Origin: Lingula anatina
Taxonomy: Eukaryota; Animalia; Brachiopoda
DNA length: 64,000 nt
Assembly (NCBI GenBank): GCA_051362555.1
Contig: CM120642.1
Location: 32,364,001-32,428,000 of the forward strand
Direction: 5' to 3'
The notes under the pieces are model-generated. The model was not told the origin of the DNA and ran no database searches. It saw only the letters and a program-made list of their open reading frames with translations. Below, piece after piece: positions 1 to 12,235 of this stretch. Both the position numbers and the translations under genes were made by a program. How positions within the stretch are numbered: the stretch's first letter is position 1; each line of letters starts with the position of its first letter.

Positions 1-624
1 TAAATACGGCTTTCCAAAGATAAATGTAGAACTAAAATCTCTGCGTAAAAAAATGTATTTATAAGACATTTTTGTTAGAAGAATTTGCTGTATGGATTGC
101 ATATCTTATCATTTCCATCCCTTTTTAACATATCTATTCTTTTTTTCTTAATGATTGACTTTTTCAAAAAAAATTGGGTTTATCGTGCATTATAATTAAA
201 ATTATAAAATCAATTAAGCAAATGTGGTAACTCTTTAAATGGATCTGGTTATAAATTTCCTCGTGATTTATTGAAAATTTGTAGTACCAGGGACAAGAAT
301 GTTTGCCCTTTGATAAGCCCACCATTTATTAATTAGCAAAAATTAGTTTACACAGCAAAACAGACACCTCTATGAATCAAGGAATAGGGCAAAGGATTCT
401 CATGATTAGATACACAGCACAGTAGTTATGACCTTAGATCTCACAGGTTGAACTGAGAGGAAAAACCTCTCAAAAAAAAGCTGCAATAAATCAATATAAG
501 ATGTGAGGTTCCTTAATTTGACACAACATCTACCCACCCTTACATATTTTCTTTCAACCCAGAAGAAGTCATTCACAGCAAAAGATGTAAAGAATCAATA
601 GTCAAGAGCACTACTTAGTGTATC

Positions 625-799
625 AGGCCCATTGCTGGGGGGAGGGGGTGTTTTTTTTCGAAAGAACTGCCCCTTTTCCCCCAAGAACAGGACCCCTCTG
701 GGTAAAATTTTATCTACGTAGGAACACCAAGGTTTCACGGTGAAAGGTCCACTTTTTCAGAAAAATAACCTGTCTTTTGAAATTGCTGGCGGTAGGCCT
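625..799. mobile_element. Degenerate dispersed repeat (MITE-like, CAGGCC/GGCCTG-type ends); related copies at ~20375-20567, 58708-58891, 63485-63680
   Basis: Shared G-run followed by ...aaaggtccactttttcagaaaaata...tttgaaattgctggc..aggcct in several copies, one in reverse orientation. Confidence 0.55.
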
Positions 800-1382
800 A
801 TATATCAATTATCACTAATTATACTGTTCACCCACATTTAAATAAAATAAAATTTTAAAAAAAATTCCCAAATGTGGCCTGAATATGCTTCTGAGTTATT
901 TTAAAGTAAAACATGGGGACTGTTGTTTTGGACAGCAACAGCAATGACATGGACAGACACAGTATATATCCAGAAACATATGGTACACATGCAAATCTTG
1001 AGAAAAGGGTCAATTCCTGGGGTGGATATATATACACAACTCTGTAAAAAGGATGCCCTGTAATTCTTTTCACATCATAGGGCACCTAGCAGCTGTGTCA
1101 ATTTCCATTTCAGTCAAATGTGCTCTGAGTGCAAAGTTGAAAGCTTAATTGTCAAGCTACCCTGTGAGGACAACTAAACATTGGGAAAACAAAGCATTTA
1201 ACAGTTGACCACTTTGAGCGGAAACAGGCATTTTTTTTTCTTTTTTTCTTTCTTTTTCTTTCTTTTTTTTTTTAAACAAAAAGGAAGTCCAAATCAAGGA
1301 TCAAAGGAAGGTTTAATTAAGTATATACTTCTTTAACTCTTTAAGGACAAAATGTTTGAAAGAAAATTGAAAGCAGTTTTAC

Positions 1383-1513
1383 CCTCGTGTCCATGGCATG
1401 GCAAAGTTGGGCCTCCAGTAGAATCTGGAGTTTTCTTTGGCTCCCCTTACTCCTGGTTCACTGGTCAGTGTGAGGATGACCAGTGCAGTTAACACTGCTG
1501 ACCAACATGCCAT
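1383..1513 (-). CDS. First coding exon of a secreted protein (signal peptide); gene continues beyond the window start; possible TGFBI/periostin paralog
   Basis: Acceptor tttcag at 1553-1554, ATG at 1513. Translates MACWSAVLTALVILTLTSEPGVRGAKENSRFYWRPNFAMPWTR-G (hydrophobic core, then VRG-A cleavage-like site). GT donor at 1382-1381 in phase 2 inside a Gly codon. Candidate non-coding upstream exon ends at a gtgagt donor at 8814-8813. Confidence 0.6.
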
Positions 1514-1781
1514 ACTGGTCACTGGGCACCACTACCTGATCACACTCTCTCTCTGAAATTTATAAATAAAGGTTTTTGATGCTTTACTGGACTCACAATG
1601 GAGACAATTAATGTTCTCATCAAGAGGATTGGTTTCTTCAGAATACCAATAGATCACCTTCTCGTACAGTACTTTAATTATTACATGAAACATAAGGTGA
1701 CAGTAATCTCAATGAAACAATGAAAAACAATTTAAATTTAAGAGTGTTGACAAATTTGTAAAATAAGCTAACATAAAAAAC

Positions 1782-1812
<31 letters not shown>

Positions 1813-2092
1813 TGAAATGCAAAATTTTTTTTTTTATGTCAGTAAGCAAACTGACATTTTCCATTTAAACTTGTTGAAATATAATCACAAGCTTAAGACA
1901 GCCATTCCAAGGCATCCTCACAGTGAAACATGGAAGGATAAAAAAAACACACACACACACATGTGAACATGCATGCACGCACACACATACACACACACAT
2001 GTAAGCATCATCAAAACCAAAACAATTTACAGTATGCAAAGACTTTACCTGATGGCTCCCCTATCAATTCCAGCACCTAGACAATTTGCTTA

Positions 2093-2304
2093 GGCTCTAT
2101 TCCCATAGATTTTAGATCGATCTATCCCCGCGGGGAGTCTCACTAGATTACTTTCAGATAATCCGACTTAAATGCCCGTCCCGCCTACTACAAGCTGTAA
2201 GGGGATAATTAACTTTCGTGTCCCCCCGGAGAGCTATTTAGCCTGAACCCCCAGGGAGTTAGGTCGATCTAAAGTAGGTCGATCTAATCTATGGAAATGG
2301 GGTG
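2093..2304. mobile_element. PIF/Harbinger (Tourist-like) MITE, family A copy 1
   Basis: Imperfect TIRs (ggctctattcccatagattttagatcgatct / gatctaatctatggaaatggggtg), TTA on both flanks, internal sequence shared with 3106-3262 and 7637-7827. Confidence 0.75.
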
Positions 2305-3105
2305 TTAGTGTTCTGAGCTCATACAAACCAGTAAATGACTTAAAAAACTCTTTTATTTGTCTTGTACCATGCATATTCCTTCAAAAATATAAAAATGAGT
2401 CATTCTCCATCTCTAAAACAATTGCAAAAAGAGATACCCATACAGACAGTGGTAACTGCTTAATGGCTATGGTACCAAATAACCAAATAAGACACATCCC
2501 AAAAGGTGTAAAGAACATAAAAATCCTGCTCATAAATCATGATGCTGCTCCTAAATAAGCAAGGTGCCTCTCAGTCGCTGCTGAATGTAGAAAGCAGAGA
2601 GGAGCATGGGGAATTATGGGTCTTAATTTGGATAAACAATTTATCATTTGTTAAATGTCATGATAATTTTGATCCCCATCTTAATGGGATAAACCTTTGT
2701 CGTAATACTTTGACATTTTTACCTGGCCCTGATCAGTTCCATTTATTTGTCAGTCTGTCTGTCTGATAAGAGAAAAACTACACTTTAAGAAAGCAGGCAT
2801 TTTTTTTCTCACATGTTAGAACAGTTTGGGACAAAACCGATCACATACTGAATTTAAGAAGAGATACAGATCCAGCAGTGGTTTTGAGAATATTTTTGAA
2901 AGATAATGCACCATACCTATATAATTAAAGTTAATAAGAAGACAGTTTTTCATTTCTAAAGTTAGATACAGAATAACAAAATTTGTTTTTTCCACAAGTT
3001 TTACAAATTATTAATGTGCATTTACACTTGTAAGCAAACATATACATGCACAAACAATGAATTACCTAAAGTCAGTTGCCATAGCAAGTGTATCCAGTGG
3101 TCTTA

Positions 3106-3262
3106 GACCCCATTCCCAGAGATTAGATCGATCTACTTTAGATCAACCTAACTCCCTGGGGGTTCACGCTAAATAGCTGTCAGCCTAGCGGGCACGAAAG
3201 TTAATTACCCCCTTACAGCTTGTAAGGGGATAGATCGATCTAAAAGCTCTGGGAATACGCCC
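3106..3262. mobile_element. MITE family A copy 2 (inverted, internally deleted)
   Basis: Reverse-complement similarity to 2093-2304; TTA flanks at 3103-3105 and 3263-3265. Confidence 0.75.
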
Positions 3263-4618
3263 TTATATGTACATCAAAGAAAAACCAGACTTAAGTCATT
3301 ATGACTATAATGACGACTTTAATTTTATTTTCATGCCAGACAAACAAAGCAATGGAACAAAAGGTCCAGCCTGACAGAGAACTACATAATTTTGTACCAG
3401 TTCCTTAAGTGCAACTGCCTAAAATCTTCAATTTTACATGTATATTGCTGCCCTTAAATAACTTCTGTCAAGGTCCATTTCCTCTGGTTGAAAAAGTTGA
3501 TGATTGGATTCTCAATGCCCCATTAGTCCAAGCAAATATAAATGTTACAGTATGTAAAAAAGGTGAGGCTTCTGGAATCTCGGAAAGATTAATTATTAGT
3601 TCAAATATGAACCCCTCCCTTAGCAAAATGAAAAGTTTTCAACAAGGAGTTTGTAGGAGTTTGCACGGAAAATTTGCTTTGCCAGGACATAAAATTTCTT
3701 TTGCAAATTTACAGCAAATTTGGGACAAAATTGTGCAAAGTTTGCAGCAGGCCTGATAATTTGCTAAGGGCCATAAATCCCATTTCCATACAGAAACTCT
3801 GCAGAAGAGAATTTTGAATGGTATGCTTTTACCTGCATCCATTAAAACACTAAAAGAAGTGGTTCAAAAATACTGTATACCAATCTTTAGTGTTCACAAG
3901 CCTTTCTTTGTATTAACTCCCACATGCTACGAGTTGCATCAGGTTTGTCAGATCAATAGCGTTTGCAACAGATTTCGGTAGCATTATCTGAAGAATTTCT
4001 AATGTAATACCTAAATATTTATGTTATGTTTCATTTGAGGAAATGGCAAGAGATAAATATTGTGTGACTGGTGTGTGTGCTTTACTGTAACACTTTAATT
4101 TGCCCTCACAGGTCCAAGCTCTGGTGTCTATAGGGTTCCAGAAAAGGTATGTACAAGGATGAGATTGCCATTCAGTGAAAAAGTCTAAAACTACGGCATG
4201 GGGTCCATGGGGTACTAAGGCCAATGATACATGTATGTTTGGCTCCCAAAAAGTCAGAAATATGCAGATATTCAAATAAAAATCACATCCATGCATGTAC
4301 GAGGAGTTATTTACTTGTATTTCATAAAATAAAGTTTACCTCACATTTTGTCTTGTACATTAAACTAAAGAGCAATGGACCCTCAAAATTATATTGGAAC
4401 TTGAGCTTTCACGTTATTTTTCATTTTAAAAAATCTCTATGATAAAGAGAAGAGGCATTAGAGAGGGGTCACTGCCTTCTGAGTATGCACCACCAGCTAA
4501 GCATAGGCTTTTATGAGATGAACACACAGATTTCTACATATTATGTGAAGTGACAAGTGATTTGCATTCATTTTGTATTTTAAGAAATAACTCGTAGCCT
4601 AATTTATAAGGTTAAAGA

Positions 4619-4764
4619 AAACATCCCTTTGATTTTATCAGAATTGATTGTGTTAGAGAAGAGATTGAAGTAGAAGATTGCAAAATACAACAAACATCCC
4701 TTTGATTTTATCAGAATTGATTGTGTTAGAGAAGAGATTGAAGTAGAAGATTGCAAAATACAAC
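4619..4764. repeat. Perfect 73-bp tandem duplication
   Basis: aaacatccctttgatttt...gcaaaatacaac occurs at 4619-4691 and 4692-4764. Confidence 0.9.
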
Positions 4765-6629
4765 AAATAACTTTCAGGAAAGCTGATTTTCAATCTTTAT
4801 CTGCCTTTTGACCAAATAATACTCCTCAGTAAATGTAAACTAAAATTAAATTTGATAGCTATGGGGTTTGAGTCCCAGATATCCAAATGCAGGTGAAAAT
4901 CGAAAAAAAAAAAAAAAAAAAATCAAGCACTTCCCTAATGATTAACTGTTCCTGCTGACTTCCTAAATCAAACTGCCTCATTATCAGTTAAGCTCCTTAG
5001 TACGTTTGAAGTATAACAAATATACAGGTTAGTGCTAATGGCGTGTTCGTCTCAAATATATATGCAAAAAAGCACAAAAATTCAATATATCGTTCGTAAA
5101 AATAACCTGATCATGCTGGTTTTAAAACTCACACTGCAGTTTTATCCCACAAATCTCCTGAGTAAAACAAAACTATGGTTTTGTGCCAATGGGGCACACC
5201 TAACAAAACTACATGCATAAAGACAAATACTTCCTCAATGACATAAAAATAATCCAATCATGCTGATTTTGATTTCAAACTCAGCCCTCACTTTTACCAA
5301 ACAAATCCACCCAGTATATATGAAGTAACACAAAAATACAGCTTGGAAGTTAAAAGACAAATAAGAAATGTTGTGCAAGAAACAAGATCAGGCAACAGCA
5401 TGGACAGGCAGTGATCAGACATATGCATCATTTATAGTGTCCGTTGATGATAAAAAGATACATAGATATGAAATAATATCAAAATATGCCAGAATAGAAA
5501 AAAAATTCATTCTTTTACAGATGAGCTTCCTGTGTGTGTCACTAAGTCTTCAAGCTGTACAGTTCAGTATTCAGAGAATTTATCATTGATATTAAAAATT
5601 AATTAAATTTAGCTACCACACATTTCACACAGACCTTGCATATTTTTGTTAGATATTTGATAAAGCCCACTGAACTTTCTTTTTAAGTTCTTTTTCATCT
5701 GTGCAGCCAACATGCTTTTTCACTATATTTGACAGCGGACAAAAACAACCCTGTTGGTGGTATGTCAGTTTACTCATATTTTGTCAGACCAACACCCAAA
5801 ATTGTGAAACTCATCATTGCACAAACCATCTCTCATCACCTATTATCACAAATACTAGACACATTTTCATGGCTAATCCTGGCCAATTCATTTTTAAAAG
5901 TACCAGTAACACATTTGACAGCAACGGTTTAAAACTGATCAGAAAATTATCACGGACCTAGAAAACCTGGGGTTTAACTAATAGGTAAAAATCTTCTTAA
6001 TTCCTCTTGCTGGGAGTCAGGTTCTTATATACCAAAAAGGTATAGGGTCATCTCATATTTACTTTATGTTTCCTCCATCCCATTCATCATGGTTCCATTC
6101 ATACCAAGATAACAGGCAACACAGTTGAGTATTGGATGTTCACGATTTGGCTAAACAAGGCCCCCTTTTATTATATAACCCCCAAAACAAACTTTCCTTT
6201 TTCACAGCCTTGTTTTGTCTCTCATTTATGTAAATGAAGATCAAAGATAAAGCTTTCATTTTGTTTATATGTATCCTGTCTTAGTTTGGAAAACTTTGCC
6301 CACATAAAATTCTTTTAAATGTTTTTCAGAAAAGAAAATGTGTGAGCAGACCTGGTGATACATGTAGAATGACTAGATTGAATTACACAATATACACACC
6401 ATTGGTATCAGTGTGGTAAAACCTCCAATGTCTAATGCTGTTCACAGTTACTTAATACTCACAGAAGGCTACTGTAATAAAACTTATGTTTCAGAACAAG
6501 CTCATTATCTCTGTTCTTTAAACTGTAAGTTGAAGGTACGTTGTACCACAGAATTATCTGCTTCTACAGAATAATAAACTGTAACGTGTACAGTAACATC
6601 TTTATGCCATAGATATGTACAGCATCAAT

Positions 6630-6780
6630 GGCCCCTTTCAGAATAAGGGACTAAATAATTCGAGGGTCAAAAATGGCCAACCCACTTGAATACTTCTTCA
6701 CAATGTATATTAGTGGATTAGACAGCAAGCTTTGTAGTTGGTCGCCATATTTGAGTGAGTCCTATGTTCTAAATGGGGCC
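6630..6780. mobile_element. Short MITE with GGCCCC termini
   Basis: ggcccctttcagaata ... tgttctaaatggggcc, flanked by aat on both sides. Confidence 0.55.
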
Positions 6781-6878
6781 AATGTTGTCCACCTCTCTTC
6801 CAAGCTGATCAATTCAAGGTGGTGGAGCAAATATTGACAGACACTGGACTTCCAGTGAACCAATGAGGTGTGATAGTC

Positions 6879-7036
6879 AGGGATGTTGCAATAGTCTGAA
6901 GGTTCACAAGTCCGAAGGTTCATTGGTCCGAAGGTTCACAATAGAACCTTTGGACCAACAAACCCTTGATTAAAAAACTGATGAAAATGCTACGATTTTT
7001 CGGACCAATGAACCTTCGGACTATCGAGATGCCCCC
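6879..7036. mobile_element. Foldback-like element built from ~16-bp subrepeats
   Basis: (gtccgaaggttca)-type units in the left arm and their reverse complement (tgaaccttcggac) in the right arm; agtc on both flanks. Confidence 0.55.
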
Positions 7037-7410
7037 AGTCTAAGCTCAATTAATTAACAGCGTGTTCAATATTGCCACAAGTACAGGTGCAAGAAACCCA
7101 CTGAACCACATCATATAGGTTAATGGCTGTCTGCATATGTACAAGACCACGAAGGATAGAAATTGGTACAGTAACTACTCACAAATAATCTTGATTCTTA
7201 ACTTAGTCTCACTTAAAAAAAATATTTATCTTTCTAAAATCTTACAAAATATTCCTTCTCTCATAAATGAAAACTTTTAAATAACATATTTTAGTTTTAT
7301 GAAAAATAAGGTTTTGAGAGAAAAATATTTTACGTCTGTTTGCATAATTATAGTATATTCCTTAGTTTATGTTAAAAGATGGGTTCATATGTATGCCTAA
7401 GGACTAATTA

Positions 7411-7576
7411 CAGGGGCGTAACCAGACCATTTAAAATTGTACGCACAAATTTTGAAAATTCCCAGGTACGATTATATTCCGTGAAAAATACACTGAATTT
7501 AAGGAGAGTAATATCATGGCTGGCTCAAAAAATTGTACGCACAGTGCATCCGTGCGTATGCCTGGTTACGCCCCTG
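7411..7576. mobile_element. MITE with 15-bp perfect TIR CAGGGGCGTAACCAG (hAT-like termini)
   Basis: caggggcgtaaccag at 7411 and ctggttacgcccctg ending 7576; internal repeats of aaaattgtacgcac; aatta on both flanks. Confidence 0.7.
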
Positions 7577-7636
7577 AATTACATCAGACTCTCAGACATA
7601 CATCATGTAGCAAATCTGTCCAGCCAACTTGACCAA

Positions 7637-7827
7637 GAGTGCATTCCCATAGATTTAGATCGATCCATCTAGATCTACCTAACTCCCTGGGGTTCACACT
7701 AAATTGATTTCAGCCGAGCTTACAGCTTTTAGTAGGCGGGACAGACGCTTAAGCCGACTAAGCTGACAGTAATCTAGTGAGACTCCCCACAGGGATAGAT
7801 CGATCTCACATCTGTGGGAATGGGGTC
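7637..7827. mobile_element. MITE family A copy 3
   Basis: Same core (ctaactccctggggttcac, agtaggcgggac, ctagtgagactcccc) and TIRs as 2093-2304; flanks caa/taa. Confidence 0.7.
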
Positions 7828-10800
7828 TAAGTGATCCAGAGTTTAATTAGTTTTACCAGAAATGGATATGCTGCTGAAAGCACCTGGAAGAAGATTCCTC
7901 AAGCAAAACAACCACTGATGGAAAGTCTGACAGAGTGGAGAAAGCTGATGTTGAAAGCAATACAAATGTACATGTACACAAGCCATGGGCAATTTATCAC
8001 TAGATTAACAAACAAACAACATGGATTAACTGAACTGAAAATTTGTTTGTAGTTTTTCAACTGTGGATTTCAAATCCTGACCTCTAAATGATGTCATGGT
8101 AAATGTAACAGAAATGCTGTTTTTTGACTGTGGTGTATGTAAAAAGGCCAACATTTATGATCTAGCTCTGTAAAGTTCCCAGAGTAAACAGTATAAAGGT
8201 ATAACTGGGGACATTACCCTATCAAGTGTGAACTTTTTGATGGCATTTATGGGTAGAATGGGGCAGAACATGTAGAAAAAAATTTAAAAAGTCAATGTTT
8301 TGAAAAATTATTAGACAATACCAGTTTTTGAATGGGTCCTGACTTGACCATGCAGAACTTTCTACATGTAGCATCTTTAAAGATATATATATATATACAG
8401 AAATACTGTTTGGCACTTAATACAACTGTAGGTTGGGTACACGAACAGTGTTGAAATATTTGCAAAAAGCAATAAAAGCTGTAACAACTGTTGTAAAGAT
8501 AATTTGACAATAAACTTTTTCAGTTACATTTTACATAACATAACCAAATTTTAACTGAAACAGAAAAAATCTCCCCATGTAATTATGGAGCAAATGATTT
8601 CAGACAGGTTATGATACCAGTACATATAGCAGTACATGCCAACATAGGATAAAATTCAGCAAAAATTACTAAATTAGATAAGATTTTTTTAGAAAAGGAG
8701 ACGTCAGAACAGTTTTTCGTTTGCCTATTATTTTTCTACATCTTCCTGCACACACGAAGTGCTCTCCTCAATCTAGCTACCAGACTAAACCAAATAACAA
8801 GGTTGTCTACTCACTTCAAGTGCTGTGGTTAGCACATGCCCCAGGTGAATGCAGCCAGCCTGCCCAGACACACAAATGCCCTCCGCAAGTCCCTCTCCCA
8901 CTTCTTATTTGGATCCTTCTAATTTACTGACATGAAATCTGTAAAATTTTCTAGTTGAGGTTCCTACCGCCTTGCACAGAGGTCCCACTGTTAATGGAAA
9001 AATTAAAAAAAAAAATTCAGTGCAGCATAAAGCGCTAATTTTTCATCAAGTTTATGAAAAAATATCTTACAACAGAAAGTCTCAAAATGTATTTGTTGAT
9101 TACTAACTGCTGCAAGATGATGTACTTATTTAGAATACAAAAAAGAAACTTGCTTTAATGGGGTACCCTTCATAGAAAACATTGGAAGACCTCAAATGTG
9201 GGCATAAACAGGAGGTTCCCACATCTTTTTGGGAGAGGCAGAGGCAGACAGTACCACTATAATTATGATCCATTTTCAATTTGCAAATGCTAAATCACAT
9301 TGTGGGTGGGCAGGGCGTTTTCACCAAATCCGAAATTTGAAATTGTGAAATGTCTTTCCACTTTCAAGTCATCACAAAGGGTCAGCTGTCTTGTTTGGCA
9401 CCAGTTCTGTTTGATAATTGAAGAGCCATTGGTGCTGTGTTCTAGAAGTCCCTGTCAAGAGTGCCAAGTGCCTGTATTTTCCAGATTCAGCCATCTGCGT
9501 CCTACCATGTGCTTCTCCACTAAAAATATCATTAATTTCTTCAAATCTTACAAAAACAAGTTTCATTTCAATTTCAAGGATAATAAAAGTCTAATGAAAC
9601 CTATCCATATTAGATTTAATTGCAGAAACTGTAATCAAAGACATACAATTCTCAACAAATCAATTTGATTTAAAATATTTTGATGATTAAAAAAGCTCAC
9701 ATACTTGGTTGTCAATCATCCATTCCAATATAAGTGCTTCCACATGTATTTTATGCTTTATGCAAGACTCAAAAAAGAATTACTGAACTTATATGTGCAA
9801 AACAAACAGTCATTCTAGCTGCCTTTATCCTCAGACAGTCAGTGGATGAAATTTATGGCAGGCATATGCTGAAAAGAAACTGTTCTGGGTTCATTAGTTG
9901 GACATCTTTAGAAGTACACATATATCTTACAAGTCACACTCCAACATTCCAGAGGAAGCGCAATTATGATCATAATTATACTGAAGTATTCAAAAGTATA
10001 AGTTAACTTTACTTTTTTTATGTACATGTATTTATAGAGCTTTCAATGTTTACTTCATATCCACACACAATTGATCAACTTTATTTTATTTCCTTACCTT
10101 ACACCAAAGTGTACAATTGTATTTGCTGCATGTAAAGAAGTGCATACTGATCAAAGCACATGTAGGTACCAAGTGTAAGTCCACCTCTTCAAAGTCAAAA
10201 ATTAACTTGATTTTGCCATTGAACTCTGAACATCTTAGAAATTCTCAATCACTAGAGGTTTTATCAAAACAGCTTATTTTAAGCTTTGAAGATTTTGTGT
10301 ATGCTTCAGTTACTGCAAAGGTGCTGGCATAGCAAATTTTTTAGTTGCAACAGAGGAGATGCAAGACACACTAAAATCAGTTTGAACTCCAGCAAGATGC
10401 TGGGAAGATTGTGAAAAGATGCATCACTTGGGCAATAGCCAAATTTGTGCCAGATATCTAGGTTCTGCTTTCAAAATCTGTAGCTGAGGAGATCATTTAG
10501 AAGATTTTGTTTTGTAAACAAATGCCAAATATGGAGTAGAGTGAATTTACAAAGAATGCATTATAGGTAAGTTATTTCACAATTCAGTGTTAAATAATTC
10601 ATGTTTAAAAAAAAATACATGAACACAAATAAAATCATTGATGTAAAATAGGCTTGTTTTATTGGCAAACTTCACACATGACAATCATAAGCAGATTTTC
10701 AAATTACTCATATTACATATATTTGATTTAAAAATAAGGATTTATTTCTGAAACTTTTCAAGGGACAGAGGTATCTTTATCTTGTCTATCAGAAAATTAC

Positions 10801-11428
10801 AGAGTGTAAAAGACAAAGAGTACAGTAAAATATATTGTCTAATACATTGGCCTAATGAGATGTGGCTGAATAAAGGTACAAGTACTGTAGTATAGAAATA
10901 CTAGTAAACCTGTATCCTATAAACAAGTATATATTAATGAATTTTATGAATTTATTTACTTTAAAATGAAGAGAAAGAGGCAATATTTTTGGTCTTACAC
11001 AGGACATCAACGAGGCAATAATTACTGAAAGCCAGAGTACAAGCACAGAAAAATACTAAAAATAGGGTTTAACAAATCAGAATAGAGTCCTTAATCTCAA
11101 TAAATGATAAATTATATGTACACATATTGACTGAGAAATCATTACGGGGTCTTCAGCTGTCCCCCGGCGCAAGTGGGACCATTTATAAATGACTGAAGTC
11201 CCTTGGATGCTGATACCATACAGAAGACATCAGATAACTCATGAAATAATATCATGAAATAATATAGAGCACCTGCTCTCACTGCAGCATCGTTTCATCC
11301 TCAGAATTTCAAATAAGATAAATTATCTATTTAATGATAAGTGTTTTTCATGTAAACCACTGCAAAAGTCACCAATAAGTTCATAATGTGAGATATAAAG
11401 TAACACACATGTTGTTCAAGATCTGTTT

Positions 11429-12194
11429 TTAATGTTCAAGAACTTCATCAACAACATGAAGAACTCCGTTTGTTGCCATGATGTTTGTACGACTCACTCT
11501 TGCACGTCTTGACAGCAGCATGCGCCCCCTACTTTTACTACATGAGAGCTCTTTGCCGTTTTGGTTCTTCAGCGGCAGGATAGTTCCTTCCTGGAAAGCA
11601 CAACTGGTGTACACGCCTTCCAGAATGTGGTTCTTCAAGATCTGTAACAAAGTTAACAAACTGCATATAATGCCTAAATGCATGGCCAATCTCCATGAAA
11701 CAAACAACACACAAATACTATAATAGCTTTAACGTAATCATTTATCAAATTGGGAATATTATAAATTACATGTATAGTTCTGCATCATTTCTCTCCTCAA
11801 AAGTTTAACTTTTTACACAATTTTCTTGTTTTTAATTTCAATTTATAATTTTATAATTGGCGGACTGATAAGAACATTTTACTTATAATTCTGTCAATAT
11901 TTAAATTTAAAAGTAGACTAAATATATAATTTAAAGATGAATTAATTAAGAAATCAAAGTGACCTTCTTCAGCTGGTCATGGCTCATATTGTCCAGCCTT
12001 CTCTTCACCCTCCTCACCGCGGCGCGGGTAGGAACAAACACGGTGTAAGAGCCAGACTGGCTGAGCTGAGCTGCAAGACCCTCCTTCTTCAGTGCCTCTT
12101 CAAACGGTCTGAGGTAGGAACATTGAATAGATATAGTAAAGTTGACGAAGATGATTTTCATTGGAATTAAATCTGTAGAAGCATAAGATATATA

Positions 12195-12235
<41 letters not shown>

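Noticed and set aside
1100-1200. cccaatgtt on the minus strand as a candidate PNV(C) second exon of the putative paralog
   Set aside because: Followed immediately by a TAG stop and lacks a proper acceptor.
6895-7025. Short spaced repeats resembling a CRISPR array
   Set aside because: Units are near-contiguous, occur in both orientations and lack unique spacers; eukaryotic context with no cas genes.
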